A DNA stretch of 52,267 bases from Filomicrobium sp. (GCA_002689605.1 NZGY01000005.1:1-52267); one strand, 5' to 3'; positions 8,700-19,033 are shown, numbered from the stretch's first letter. Notes: generated by a model from the letters alone, not told the origin. Made by a program: numbers and translations.

Positions 8700-9980
8700 T
8701 CATGGTTTAAAGGTTAGCCATTTGCGTATGCGGCTAACACCGACAGCCACAATCAGGAGCACAAGCGGCACGCTCACCCCCGTTAGGAGATCAGAGTTTA
8801 TGTCGAAGCCCGCACCGTCAAGCGCTTTCCAGCCATATGACAACAAGCCGACAATGTAGTAGGTAATCGCAGCTATCGACAGCCCTTCAACTGTCCTTTG
8901 CAGCCGAAGCTGTAACTTTGCCCGACGAGCAACACTGGCGAGCAGGGCTCTGTTCTGGTCCTGTCGGGCAACTTCCACCCGGGTTGACAGCAGGGCCGTC
9001 GAGCGAGCAATCCGTTCCGATAGCTGCGCTGAGCTTGCTGAAACCGCACGGCACGTACTCATTGCTGGCTCCAAGCGCCTTTCTACAAACTCGCGGAAAG
9101 TCTGGAAGCCTGATATGCGTTGTTCGCGAAGCTCCCGTATTCGCCTTTCGACGATCTCATAGTATGCAGCTGCTGCTCCCAGGCGATAGTGACTTTCGGC
9201 CTGTCGTTTTTGGATCGTCGCCTCCAGCTCGGTAAGCTGATCTAAAAGCAGTGGCTCATCATCTGCGCTGACACTGGCCATCCGCGCCGAGAGGTCGACC
9301 AATTCGCGTTCGCTGTTGTCGAGGTAGGGCCGCAAGGCTTGAGCGTGAGGCAGAGCCAACAGGGCCATCATCCGGTACGTCTCTATTTCGAGCAGGCGCT
9401 GAGCGACCCGACCTGCCTGGCGAGGCGACATGCCAAGGTCGTACAGAACGATCTTGCTCTTATCATTGGAAGAAATGCGAAAGTCAGTAAAAGCGGCGGC
9501 CGTGGCATCGCTCACCAACGAGCCGATGACGCTGTTGCCATTGAAGTAAAGTTCAGAGATGGCGTCCAATTGGTCGGGTAAGGCCGCACGAAATATGCCA
9601 AGTTCAATCGCTGCAATGACTTCCCCTTGAACGTTGCTAAGCCAATCTACCGGCAGCTGACCTAGCAGCGAAGTTTGAAACGGAACGACGTCAGGCCCAT
9701 CAGAAATCAGTTTATATCGGGCAAACTCAGCGTGACGCTCCCAATTGATACGCAATGAACAAAGTTCGCCGACGTAGTGATTGGTTCCAGATTCTGGACC
9801 CGGTGCTCCGAATGCGTCTGCCAAGGTTCGAAGGTGAGCCTCTTCTGCCGCGCCATTTTCACGGGGCGAAAGAAATGCAAGATGGCAGACCTGGGCCGGC
9901 GCTGATATTGCATTGGGTGGGTGTGCGTGAACCTCATCATGAAGACCTTTTCATAGATCGTGCTGCTTGAAGTCAGGCAT
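8700..9980 (-). pseudogene. DUF3422-family membrane-anchored protein gene interrupted by an in-frame TGA at codon 10
   Basis: The ORF track gives 374 aa from TTG 9824. The same frame stays open upstream to TGA 9953-9951, and continues in frame from ATG 9980, which is preceded by a GGGAGAAG Shine-Dalgarno. The reading is MPDFKQHDL-stop-KGLHDEVHAHPPNAISAPAQVCHLAFL and onward. The full length of 427 codons and two C-terminal TM helices fit DUF3422 as I remember it. Confidence 0.6.
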
Positions 9981-10082
9981 GCCGTTCTTCTCCCTCAAGG
10001 CAGGATCGCTTCCCACGTTGTCCAATGTTGCCTTATGGACTATCGGCTGCAGCACACCAAGCCAGATCCCAGCGCCTTCGGC

Positions 10083-11006
10083 TTAGTTGGCGGCCTTGCC
10101 GGCCGGCAACTCTGTTTCATCAATAGCACGGTTATCAATCAGCTTTCGGATGCATTGCGCAACGGTGACGGGATCTTCCTCGTGCACTAGATGTCCTCGC
10201 CTTGGTATGAGCTCGATTCTTGTAAGCGCTACAATTTCTGCAACCCGGTCAGCGGCCTCGGGAGGGATCGTCATATCACTACCGCCGATAATCATATCGA
10301 GCGGGATTTCTAGCCCAAGCAAATCGGAAGTGAGACGCTCAAGGTGCCAATTCGCCATCATCGCGAGTGTCGCTTGGACATGCTGAGGACTCTGGAACAA
10401 TAGCGCATAGAGCTCCAGGCTTTGCGCATCTATCTGCGATCCAGTCCCCTCAAGCAATCGGTTGACAACCGCCGTTTTTTGCGCGCGCCAGCTGAGCAGT
10501 CGAGGCGTCACAGGATTCATAAAAAGGAGCCGAGCGATGGCCGGGAATATCATACGCGCCGGGCCGGGAAACGGTAGGAGAGCGGGATTTATGCCAATGA
10601 TCATGTCTGGCTTCGAGAGCTTGTCGAGCGCTATGCGAACAGCAATGGCAACCCCGGCCGAGTGACCTATGATCGCTCGCGGTTCGACCTGCAAATGGCT
10701 GAGTAGCTTGGCTACAAGCTGGGAAAAACCTGGCAGCGACATGAACTGGGCACGCGGTGCACTTGTGAAGCCGTGCCCTGGTAAATCTACAATGGTTAGC
10801 GAAAAGTCAGAAGCAAGCAAACCCGCCAGTTTGCCCCAACTGTGTACCGAGGCGCCGGTCCCATGCAGCAGAACAAGATCCGGTCCCTGCCCAAATTGCT
10901 GAACGTGCCAACGCTGCGCTCCGACGTCGACCATCCGACTATGCGCATGGTTGGGCCACTTGCAGCCGTGCAGCTTCCAGCTCAGATTGTTCTTCTGCGC
11001 GTACAT
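10083..11006 (-). CDS. bchO: Alpha/beta hydrolase, magnesium-chelatase-associated BchO
   Basis: 307 aa with LVLLHGTGASVHSW, DLPGHGFT and a GHSAG nucleophile elbow. It sits directly downstream of bchI-bchD, in the canonical bchIDO arrangement. Confidence 0.8.
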   Translation of the reverse strand: MYAQKNNLSWKLHGCKWPNHAHSRMVDVGAQRWHVQQFGQGPDLVLLHGTGASVHSWGKLAGLLASDFSLTIVDLPGHGFTSAPRAQFMSLPGFSQLVAKLLSHLQVEPRAIIGHSAGVAIAVRIALDKLSKPDMIIGINPALLPFPGPARMIFPAIARLLFMNPVTPRLLSWRAQKTAVVNRLLEGTGSQIDAQSLELYALLFQSPQHVQATLAMMANWHLERLTSDLLGLEIPLDMIIGGSDMTIPPEAADRVAEIVALTRIELIPRRGHLVHEEDPVTVAQCIRKLIDNRAIDETELPAGKAAN

Positions 11007-11049
11007 AATGATCGATCAATCACGTTCATAGCTAAAGCCACAGCACTTG

Positions 11050-12840
11050 TTATGGCCGGAACGACTGCACAGCTCGGCGTATGACGTTTGCATCAGCCTT
11101 TGGCAGTGCAAAATAGTGCGCCTGCATTGCGCGCGCCAGTTCGCCGGCCTGCGGGCTTGTACGCGGCGCCGTATCGATGAGCAACGATTGTAGGCCGTCT
11201 TTGCGAAACATATCAGCGGTCTGGAATGCATCGCTCATTGCCTGTTGGCGGCCCGGATTGCCACCCCGATCTATGTTTGCGCGCCCGTCGGTTAGCAAAA
11301 CGAAATAAGGTTCCGCGCCGCGTAGGCGGGCAGCTTGGGCGAGTTGAAGCCCAGTGTCCATAGCATTCGCGAGCGGTGTTCCGCCACCACCTGGCAAAGT
11401 AGCAAGGCATCGCCTGGCACGAGCGACAGCGGAAGTCGGCGGCAGTACGATATCTGCACTGGTTCGCCGGAAGGCAATCATCGCAACCTGGTCTCGCCGG
11501 ATATAGCAATCAGCCAGCAAAAGCTCCACCGCGCCCTTTGCTTCAGCCAAGCGATGGAGCGCTGATGAGCCTGATGCATCAACCGCAAACACCGTGAGCG
11601 TTTCGCTTTTCTGACGCCGGCGATAAATGCGCAAGTCATCTGGCAGAACGATCAAGCCCTTCTGGCGCCGGCTTGCGCGGGTCGTGGCTACCGCACGCCG
11701 CAGACGCTGAAAAGGTGCAGCAGCGAGAAGCGTCGCATGGAGGGCAAGTCGCGCACCTCTCTCCGGCTTTCCGCGACGCACGCCAATGCGGGCGCCGCGT
11801 TGATGGTTATTTTGATGGATGCCGGACTTTCCAGGTGCCCGTGCAGATGATCTCCGTGCCGTCGGCTGTAAGGCGGCAAGGAGGTTGGGTGGCAAGTTAG
11901 CCTGTGCCGTTTGCACAAGCCGCTCGATCTGCTTCTCCATGGAATGATTGCTCTCAGACAAAGCTGGTTCAGGCTCGTCATCAGTATAGGCGGGTGGCTC
12001 TTCTGAGCTACTATCAGCCTCGTGGCTCGGCTCAATTGGCAGCCGGGTTGCGCGCCCAGACAGAACGAGTTGAGCGGCAGCCATCAAATCGTCTCCAATG
12101 ACGTTCGAACGCCCATTCAAGCCAGCGTGAAGCTGCGCCGCTTGCCCAGCCAATATCAGCGCCCGCTGAGACTGGATGCCCAGACGGTCACAAAGCAGGC
12201 AGAGTGCTTCGAGATCTTGCGATGTTATAGCAGCGAGATTACCGTCGCTATAATCGCATGCGCCGGCATGATCAGGTATGCAGTCGATCGCCGCAATATC
12301 GCGAAGGCTGACGCCATCCAAGGACACGCGGAATGCCAGGCGATCGGACAATGACGCTGCGAGACCGTCTTCGTCGGGCAGCGACTCGTCGAGCGCGATT
12401 ACGTTGAAGCGTGCAGGTTGCCAAGATGAGCTGCTCCCTTTGGGCGTGCTCAACCCACCCGAATCGATGCAGGCCGCGATGAGCGCCGCTTTGCGATCAT
12501 CCAGTCGGTCTGCAGCTGGAATGACAACCAAGCCCCGGTCGGCTCTGGTCAGTACGCTAGCGGTGTAACGTGGCCCACCGTTGCGCAACGTTTCTGTTAG
12601 ATCCAATCCACCGACCAGTCGCTCATCACTGATATGAGGCGGCAGCCTGATAACGGGACAATCTGCAAACAGTTTTGAGACGTTTGTCAGCCAGGCATCA
12701 AGCACAGGGCCTTGCGAGGCCCGGACTGAAAGCCCGCCGATTGCTGGGGGAGCGGCAGCAAGCAACTGCGCTGCAAGGCATGACAACTGCCAACGCTTGT
12801 CACCGGCTGAGCTATGATCAAGCTGTTCCAAGTGTTTCAC
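11050..12840 (-). CDS. bchD: Magnesium chelatase subunit D
   Basis: 596 aa. It has a degenerate AAA N-domain, an acidic Pro-rich linker (SSEEPPAYTDDEPEP) and a C-terminal vWA domain with MIDAS residues (VFAVDASGSSA). The GTG start overlaps the end of bchI by 23 nt. Confidence 0.9.
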   Translation of the reverse strand: MKHLEQLDHSSAGDKRWQLSCLAAQLLAAAPPAIGGLSVRASQGPVLDAWLTNVSKLFADCPVIRLPPHISDERLVGGLDLTETLRNGGPRYTASVLTRADRGLVVIPAADRLDDRKAALIAACIDSGGLSTPKGSSSSWQPARFNVIALDESLPDEDGLAASLSDRLAFRVSLDGVSLRDIAAIDCIPDHAGACDYSDGNLAAITSQDLEALCLLCDRLGIQSQRALILAGQAAQLHAGLNGRSNVIGDDLMAAAQLVLSGRATRLPIEPSHEADSSSEEPPAYTDDEPEPALSESNHSMEKQIERLVQTAQANLPPNLLAALQPTARRSSARAPGKSGIHQNNHQRGARIGVRRGKPERGARLALHATLLAAAPFQRLRRAVATTRASRRQKGLIVLPDDLRIYRRRQKSETLTVFAVDASGSSALHRLAEAKGAVELLLADCYIRRDQVAMIAFRRTSADIVLPPTSAVARARRCLATLPGGGGTPLANAMDTGLQLAQAARLRGAEPYFVLLTDGRANIDRGGNPGRQQAMSDAFQTADMFRKDGLQSLLIDTAPRTSPQAGELARAMQAHYFALPKADANVIRRAVQSFRP

Positions 12841-13930
12841 TCATCGCCCGTTCAACACGTGCGGTTGTTCCCGTCTCATCCAATGGATCACGCCGCAGTC
12901 GATGGCGTAGGGCAGATGGTGCGACCAACTTGAGATGCGAAATCGCGACGTCGCGTCTTCCATCCAGAGCAGCAGCGGCTCGTGCAGCTTTGATGATTGC
13001 CATTTCGCCACGCAATCCGTCTGTGCCGAGCGTCAGGCAAAGTTCCGCGGCTTTCGCAAGCAGTTCACGAGGTAATTCGATTTCATGCAATCGCTCGCGT
13101 GCTAGCAAGATATCGTCTCTAATCCTGCAATTTTCGCTATGCCACTTGTTGGCGAACGCGATCGGATCTCTTTCATATGCGTCACGACGACGGACGACTT
13201 CGACCCTGGTTTCAATGTCGGTTGGTGTCTTGATCTCCACCGACAAGCCAAATCGATCAAGCAGCTGGGGACGCAAGTCTCCTTCTTCTGGGTTGCCACT
13301 ACCCACCAGCACGAATTTCGACGGGTGACGAATGCTCAAGCCTTCGCGCTCAACGACGTTCTCACCTGAAGCGGCCGCATCGAGCAGCAGATCGACTAAA
13401 TGATCGTCCAGCAGATTGATCTCGTCGATATAGAGAAATCCACGATTGGCTGCTGCGAGCAGGCCTGGCTCAAAAACGCGCTCCCCATCAACAAGAGCCC
13501 GCTCCAGGTTAAGAGCACCTACGATCCTGTCCTCGGTCGCCCCGAGTGGAAGATCGACGATTGGCACCGGCGCCGATACCGTTGGTGAACTGTTGCTATT
13601 TCCGCACACTGGGCATTTGCCAGCGTGCGAGTTTGGTGCGCAATGGTATGGGCAGTCGGCTATTTGCTCGATTTCGGGTAACAAGTCCGCCAGTCCGCGC
13701 ACGGCCGTTGATTTGCCCGTGCCACGATCACCGAGAACAAGTACGCCGCCAATTGATGGATCGACCGCTGTTAGCAGAATACTGTGTTTCATCTCCTCCT
13801 GGCCAACGATTGCCGAGAAAGGGAAGGTTGTCGCTCTCCGATGGTCAGCTTCAGGTGCCGGCGTCGGATGTCGCATCGAAGCCGATTTTTGGAAAGTGTT
13901 CGCAACGTGGTTCATAATCTGCAACCTCAA
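12818..13930 (-). CDS. bchI: Magnesium chelatase ATPase subunit I
   Basis: Contains FPFSAIVGQEEMK, Walker A GDRGTGKST and Walker B LYIDEINLLDDH. The start is uncertain among TTG 13930, ATG 13915 and ATG 13876. ATG 13876 gives the family-typical spacing of about 17 aa before FPFSAIVGQ. Confidence 0.92.
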   Translation of the reverse strand: MRLQIMNHVANTFQKSASMRHPTPAPEADHRRATTFPFSAIVGQEEMKHSILLTAVDPSIGGVLVLGDRGTGKSTAVRGLADLLPEIEQIADCPYHCAPNSHAGKCPVCGNSNSSPTVSAPVPIVDLPLGATEDRIVGALNLERALVDGERVFEPGLLAAANRGFLYIDEINLLDDHLVDLLLDAAASGENVVEREGLSIRHPSKFVLVGSGNPEEGDLRPQLLDRFGLSVEIKTPTDIETRVEVVRRRDAYERDPIAFANKWHSENCRIRDDILLARERLHEIELPRELLAKAAELCLTLGTDGLRGEMAIIKAARAAAALDGRRDVAISHLKLVAPSALRHRLRRDPLDETGTTARVERAMSETLGTA

Positions 13931-13973
13931 CCGGGATCTCTATCGGCTCAAGAATGTGGTCAGCGAAGCATAG

Positions 13974-14007
13974 TGTCAAAATTATTAGACGTAAAATATT
14001 ATTTACA
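13974..14007. promoter_or_regulatory. Composite PpsR-like element in the divergent bchI/dxs promoter region
   Basis: TGTCAAAATTATTAGACG (13974-13991) and CGTAAAATATTATTTACA (13990-14007) are two one-mismatch TGT-N12-ACA palindromes. They overlap by 2 nt at a central ACGT, and both have AT-rich spacers. Confidence 0.4.
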
Positions 14008-14083
14008 TTTTTGCTGGATCGTTCTCTAATTGCCATGAGCGCACTCTCGGACTTGAGTGGCACTTTATCTAGAGGCGACGGCT

Positions 14084-16045
14084 ATGCAGGATTACATCGC
14101 AGACTCTCCACAAATGCGAATAGACCTGGAGCCAACGGCGAACGGTCAGGCGCACAATCGGAAACTGCTGTTGGATGGGATAGATTCACCTGCTGATTTG
14201 CGCAAGTTGCCGACGACCGAGCTCAGACGACTGGCAGACGAGCTGCGTGCGGACTTGATTGATAGCGTATCGCAAACAGGTGGGCACTTTGGTGCCGGGT
14301 TGGGGGTGATAGAGTTAACCATTGCCCTGCATTACGTGCTCGACACTCCTCGCGATAAGCTGATCTGGGATGTGAGCCATCAATGCTATCCCCACAAAAT
14401 TCTTACTGGCCGCCGCCAATGGCTGCGCTCTGTTCGTCAGGCAGGTGGTCCATCTGGGTTCACGTGTCGGTCGGAGAGCGAATTCGACCCATTTGGTGCC
14501 GCACACAGTTCAACCGCAATTTCTGCGGGACTGGGCTTTGCAACAGCGCGAGATTTGAGTGGCGAGACGTACAATGTCGTGTCCGTCGTAGGTGACGGTG
14601 CATTGTCAGGTGGCATGGCCTTTGAGGCGCTCAACAATGCCGGCACTCAGGCACGCAAGCTAATCGTCATTGTCAATGACAACGACATGTCCATTGGTCC
14701 ACCGTCAGGCGCACTACGCGATCACTTGACGATGTTAAGGGAATGCATGCCTGATGAGGCTGCTCGCAGAGCATCGCTCGCTGCGGGCGAGCTCATGTCG
14801 TTTGCACCTGTGCCGACGTTGTTCGAGCAGCTCTCTGCCACCTATGCTGGACCGTATGATGGTCACGACGTCGATGAACTCGTTGCAGCTCTCCAGCTGG
14901 CGGTCGCTCATGACAATGGGCCTCTGGTTATTCACATCAGAACTGAAAAGGGCTGCGGCTATGAACCCGCAGCGTCAGCACCTGATAAAGGCCATGCGGT
15001 CGGCAAGTTTGATCCAGCCTCTGGTCGGCAAGAAAAGTCAAAGGCGTCTGCTCCGAGCTATACAAACGTTTTTGCAGACGCACTGATAAGTCAGGCCGAG
15101 CAAGACAAAAGTATCATAGCCGTCACGGCTGCGATGCCATCGGGTACTGGCCTGGACAAATTCGCGAAGGCCCATCCTGATCGCTATTTTGACGTCGGCA
15201 TAGCAGAGCAGCATGCTGTCACCTTTTGTGCCGGAATGGCTTGCGAAGGATACAAGCCCTTCGCCGCCATTTATTCGACGTTTCTACAGCGCGGTTATGA
15301 TCAGATTGTCCATGATGTTGCCATACAGAAGTTGCCTGTCCGCTTTGCCATTGATCGCGCTGGTCTAGTCGGTGCGGATGGCGTGACGCATCAAGGCACC
15401 TATGACATTGCGTATCTCGGTTGCCTACCCCACTTTGTGCTGATGGCGCCAAGCGATGAAGCAGAACTGCAGAAGATGGTCGCCACGGCTGCGGCGATAG
15501 ACGATCGTCCGTCTGCATTTCGGTTTCCACGTGGAACAGCGATTGGTGTTGAGCTGCCCGAACAGGTAAAGCCGTTGGAGGTTGGGAAGGGTCGGGTCGT
15601 GAGGTCTGGCAGCGACGCAGCGATCCTTTGCTATGGGGCTACGCTGCATCGCGCCTTGGCAGCAGCGGACGAGCTCGATGCTATTGGGATCCGCATGACT
15701 GTCGCCGATGCTCGTTTCGCCAAGCCTGTCGATGATGAGCTGGTCGCGCAATTAGCGCGACACCACCGCCTGTTGCTGACGGTAGAAGAAGGCTCTTCAG
15801 GTGGCTTTGCAACACAGGTGACCGATAGCTTGCTCAAGCAGAGAATGAGCAAATCACTGTCCCGCTTGATGACACTGAATTTGCCGGACTGTTTCATTCA
15901 CCACGATAGCCAAGAGGGGCAAGCACATACGGCTGGCGTCGATGCAAGCGCCATTGTTGCAAGTGTCCGTCAGTCGCTTGCTGGGAGCGGACCTCGGGCC
16001 GCGCGCGACTATCCGCAAGTTCATAGGGCTGAGGCAGTTGGGTAG
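14084..16045 (+). CDS. dxs: 1-deoxy-D-xylulose-5-phosphate synthase
   Basis: Contains [20 protein letters not shown], the TPP-binding [18 protein letters not shown], and [12 protein letters not shown] 14084 has GAGG 9 nt upstream. The ORF-track start is GTG 14057. Confidence 0.93.
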   Translation: MQDYIADSPQMRIDLEPTANGQAHNRKLLLDGIDSPADLRKLPTTELRRLADELRADLIDSVSQTGGHFGAGLGVIELTIALHYVLDTPRDKLIWDVSHQCYPHKILTGRRQWLRSVRQAGGPSGFTCRSESEFDPFGAAHSSTAISAGLGFATARDLSGETYNVVSVVGDGALSGGMAFEALNNAGTQARKLIVIVNDNDMSIGPPSGALRDHLTMLRECMPDEAARRASLAAGELMSFAPVPTLFEQLSATYAGPYDGHDVDELVAALQLAVAHDNGPLVIHIRTEKGCGYEPAASAPDKGHAVGKFDPASGRQEKSKASAPSYTNVFADALISQAEQDKSIIAVTAAMPSGTGLDKFAKAHPDRYFDVGIAEQHAVTFCAGMACEGYKPFAAIYSTFLQRGYDQIVHDVAIQKLPVRFAIDRAGLVGADGVTHQGTYDIAYLGCLPHFVLMAPSDEAELQKMVATAAAIDDRPSAFRFPRGTAIGVELPEQVKPLEVGKGRVVRSGSDAAILCYGATLHRALAAADELDAIGIRMTVADARFAKPVDDELVAQLARHHRLLLTVEEGSSGGFATQVTDSLLKQRMSKSLSRLMTLNLPDCFIHHDSQEGQAHTAGVDASAIVASVRQSLAGSGPRAARDYPQVHRAEAVG

Positions 16046-16074
16046 TGAGCGATCTGGCTCTGGTCGGGGCCGTT

Positions 16075-16356
16075 CTAGCTGCTCGGCCAGCGGCGCCAAA
16101 GATCGAAGAGATGTGACAGGAGTGCCGCCGTCAAAAAGGTTGCGGTCACGGTCCAATCCGCCCCGGTCAGACCACTTCGCAAGGCGGCTATCAAGAACAA
16201 CCCTGACAGCAATGTTCCGATGAGGTCAGCCAGCTTCGGCGCTCTCCAAGTGAGCCGTTGAAGCAGAGCGAAGCCAACAATCTCCAACGCAACGAGCACG
16301 AGTATTATATCGGCTATTCGTCCTGATTCGATGAGTTGCTGCATGTTAAGAACCAA
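16075..16356 (-). CDS. Hypothetical small membrane protein (93 aa, about 3 TM helices)
   Basis: An open frame fills the gap between dxs (convergent) and bchP. It has hydrophobic helices ADIILVLVALEIVGFALL, LIGTLLSGLFLIAAL and WTVTATFLTAALLSHLF. I recognise no family. Confidence 0.35.
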   Translation of the reverse strand: MVLNMQQLIESGRIADIILVLVALEIVGFALLQRLTWRAPKLADLIGTLLSGLFLIAALRSGLTGADWTVTATFLTAALLSHLFDLWRRWPSS

Positions 16357-16448
16357 TGCCAGAACACGCTGTTAACGAGTAATGACCGAGCTTGCCAAGA
16401 CATAGCCAAAGCCGGAAGCCTTGCGTGGCGCTGCCCGACTGTTCAACA

Positions 16449-17648
16449 CTAACGCGGTGATGCCAAGCCAACGAGGTGGGCAACATCCTTTGAGAGCACA
16501 CGCAAATGAGCAAGGGGATCGTGGCGGACAAGTTCCTTGTTCATGTAGGCTTTCCAGGTCAAACGCTGGACGTCTTTATCGCGGCACATTTTGACAAAGC
16601 TCTCGCGTCGGCGATCGCTGCGGTACCAAAAGTGTTGTAGCAAACCCAGCACCCAGAAAACGCGTCCGTGCAACTTCATAAAGCGCTTGCGTGCGTCACT
16701 GAGCGCTCGGGCATCTTTGGTATGCAGGAACTCAGAGATCGCATGCGCACCAAGTTCGCCACTGAGCATGGCGTAGTAGATGCCCTCACCAGATGCTGGT
16801 GCCACGACCCCCGCCGCATCGCCAACCACAAGCGTGTCTTTGCCATTGTCCCAGCGGCGCATCGGCCGCATCGGAATGGGAGCGCCTTCGCAACGCAAAG
16901 TAGGTTGGCCCTGAAGGCCAGCCGCCTGACGGGTTTGGGCCGTTGCTTGTCGTAGTGAAAAGCCTTTGATCGCGCTGCCGACACCAACGCTTGTCGTCTC
17001 TCCATGCGGGAAAACCCAAGCGTAAAAGTCTGGCGACAGTTGACCCTGGTAATAGATTTCGCAGCGCTCGCCTGAAAAATTGTCGCTTGGGGCCGCTGGT
17101 GTCTCGATAATCTCGTGATAGGCAAAGACGAAGGGCGGTTTCTTTTCATGCGGCAAGGCTGTGCGCGCGACGCGTGAATTCGCACCATCAGCGCCAATAA
17201 CAGCAGATGTCGCAACGCGGATACTGTCTTCACCCGTGCCGGGATCGTAGACCACAATTGGTGAGCCATCATTCGATCGCTCAAGCTCAATGAACGTGCC
17301 GCGCCGTCGCAGTGCTCCGTCCTCCACTGTACGGCAGCGCAGCCACTCGTCGAAGTCTTTGCGGTCGACCATTCCGACGTAGCCGCCCTCAATTGGCATA
17401 TGAACCTGGATGTTGGATGGAGATGTCATCCGCGCCGACTTGGCCCTCGCAACAATCAATTCATCAGGAATGCTGTAGTCGCGAATGAGTCTTGGTGGCA
17501 CTGCTCCTCCACAAGGCTTCACTCTTCCTTCCTTGTCGAGGAGAAGTACGCTCCAACCATCAGCTGCTAACGTTGAGGCTGCCGTTGCTCCGGCCGGGCC
17601 ACCGCCAACAACTACGACGTCGACATATTGCAAGTCGGAGATTGCCAT
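16449..17648 (-). CDS. bchP: Geranylgeranyl diphosphate / geranylgeranyl-bacteriochlorophyllide reductase
   Basis: 399 aa with an FAD fold (VVVVGGGPAGATAA) and GDAAGVVAPASGEGIYYAM. Its ATG overlaps the upstream stop as TAATG. The bchG-pucC-bchP order is canonical. Confidence 0.9.
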   Translation of the reverse strand: MAISDLQYVDVVVVGGGPAGATAASTLAADGWSVLLLDKEGRVKPCGGAVPPRLIRDYSIPDELIVARAKSARMTSPSNIQVHMPIEGGYVGMVDRKDFDEWLRCRTVEDGALRRRGTFIELERSNDGSPIVVYDPGTGEDSIRVATSAVIGADGANSRVARTALPHEKKPPFVFAYHEIIETPAAPSDNFSGERCEIYYQGQLSPDFYAWVFPHGETTSVGVGSAIKGFSLRQATAQTRQAAGLQGQPTLRCEGAPIPMRPMRRWDNGKDTLVVGDAAGVVAPASGEGIYYAMLSGELGAHAISEFLHTKDARALSDARKRFMKLHGRVFWVLGLLQHFWYRSDRRRESFVKMCRDKDVQRLTWKAYMNKELVRHDPLAHLRVLSKDVAHLVGLASPR

Positions 17649-19033
17649 TAGTGCTTACCTTCCTGCGCCGGCAGCATAGAAGAACCGACGGACAATGGAT
17701 CAAACCGAGGCTTTTCAGATGCGCTCCTGCTACCGCCAGCCTCGCGAACACCGAGCGCCAGCCAAGCTGCAACGAAGAATATGCAAGCTTCGATTGCAAA
17801 TACGGTCATGTATGCGCCAACCGGTGTTCCAGTGAGCAGCTTCACTGCGTCCACGCCGGCTGCACCAACCAGACCACCTGAGCCAAATGCGATCGCCTGG
17901 GCGGCGCCCCAGATACCCATGCGGGTACCAACACGTTTCTCGCGCCCGCGCCCGGCCAGGGCCATCATGGAACCGATGGCGGCAACCGCAAATACGCCGT
18001 TCGAGAACCCCAGCGCGATCACGGACAGTTTCAGTGGCCAATGAGGTGCAAACATCCCGGCGATGGAGAGCGAAAACAATGCGCAGGCGGACGCTAAACA
18101 CCCGAGCACCGTCCACATTTTTAGTGAGCCAAGCCAACGACCGCCAATGCCTGATGCCAGCAGCGCCACCAATAACATGCCGCTCAAGACACCGGTGTTC
18201 TGCAGCCCAGCCAGTTTTGTTGATTGGCCAGGCGTCATGCCAAAGGCAATGCCTGCAAACGGCTCCAGAATCAGATCCTGTGCACTATATGCAAGCATCG
18301 AGACAAACACGAAAATGGTGAAATGGCGCGCATCAGGCTCGGCCCAAACTTCCTGAAAAGCGATACGAAAGTTCGATACCTCTGTCCCAGCATGCGCATT
18401 TAATGCTGCTGATTGGACAACCGTTTTGGTGCGCTGCTCAACACCCACAACCGCCAACAGGGCAACAACAAACGCCAAAACAGAGACCGTGCTGGCAACG
18501 GCAACCAAGCGCGTCGTTGAGAATGGATCAAGAAAGTGACCGGCTAGGCCGGCAGTTATGATGAAGCCAAGAATCATCATAATCCAGACGATGGTTGCTG
18601 CTGCGGCACGGCGCTCGGGCGCGGCATGGCCCGCAAGCAAAGCTAAAAGCGATGTCCCGGCCGCGCCAACTCCGATCCCAATCATGAGAAAAGCAAGTGC
18701 AGCGAGTGCTGTGCCGCCAATAATCGTGCTTGCCATGACTGCTGTAGCAACCGCCGCCAGGGCACCACCGAGACACAGGACTGCCATGCCGCCGATGATC
18801 CATGCTGTGCGATTGCCGCCAACATCTGATCCATAACCCCAGCGAGGCCGCAAGATCTGAACCGCATAGTGGAAGCCCACCAAGGCGCCTGGCAATATGG
18901 CAGGAAGAGCCAGCTCTACAACCATCACCCGGTTCAATGTTGACGTGGTCAAGACCACAATTGCTCCGAGCGCTGTTTGGACCAACCCTAGTCGTACGAT
19001 ACTGATCCAGCTCAATCCATTCGCGTTCATCAT
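17648..19033 (-). CDS. PucC/LhaA-family (BCD-type MFS) membrane protein
   Basis: About 12 TM helices. The motif TSTLNRVMVVELALPA parallels LNRVMIVELGVSA in lhaA at 31744. The likely start is ATGATG at 19033/19030, overlapping the bchG stop. The position matches the ORF found between bchG and bchP in Rhodobacter. Confidence 0.8.
   Translation of the reverse strand: MMNANGLSWISIVRLGLVQTALGAIVVLTTSTLNRVMVVELALPAILPGALVGFHYAVQILRPRWGYGSDVGGNRTAWIIGGMAVLCLGGALAAVATAVMASTIIGGTALAALAFLMIGIGVGAAGTSLLALLAGHAAPERRAAAATIVWIMMILGFIITAGLAGHFLDPFSTTRLVAVASTVSVLAFVVALLAVVGVEQRTKTVVQSAALNAHAGTEVSNFRIAFQEVWAEPDARHFTIFVFVSMLAYSAQDLILEPFAGIAFGMTPGQSTKLAGLQNTGVLSGMLLVALLASGIGGRWLGSLKMWTVLGCLASACALFSLSIAGMFAPHWPLKLSVIALGFSNGVFAVAAIGSMMALAGRGREKRVGTRMGIWGAAQAIAFGSGGLVGAAGVDAVKLLTGTPVGAYMTVFAIEACIFFVAAWLALGVREAGGSRSASEKPRFDPLSVGSSMLPAQEGKH

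Noticed and set aside
9951-9953. TGA in the DUF3422 gene read as selenocysteine
   Set aside because: No SECIS-like hairpin follows immediately downstream. The aligned family position is, from memory, Arg rather than Cys, and DUF3422 is not a known selenoprotein family. A nonsense mutation or sequencing error is more parsimonious.
12675-13973. 217-aa and 175-aa plus-strand ORFs antisense to bchD and bchI
   Set aside because: Both sit within strongly supported minus-strand genes. Their Ser/Arg/Ala-rich translations look like mirror-frame artefacts.
16676-17392. 238-aa ORF on the minus strand overlapping bchP in another frame
   Set aside because: It lies entirely inside the well-supported bchP gene, has Arg/Ala/Ser-rich low-complexity composition and carries no motif. 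This is the typical spurious alternative-frame ORF of moderately GC-rich coding DNA.
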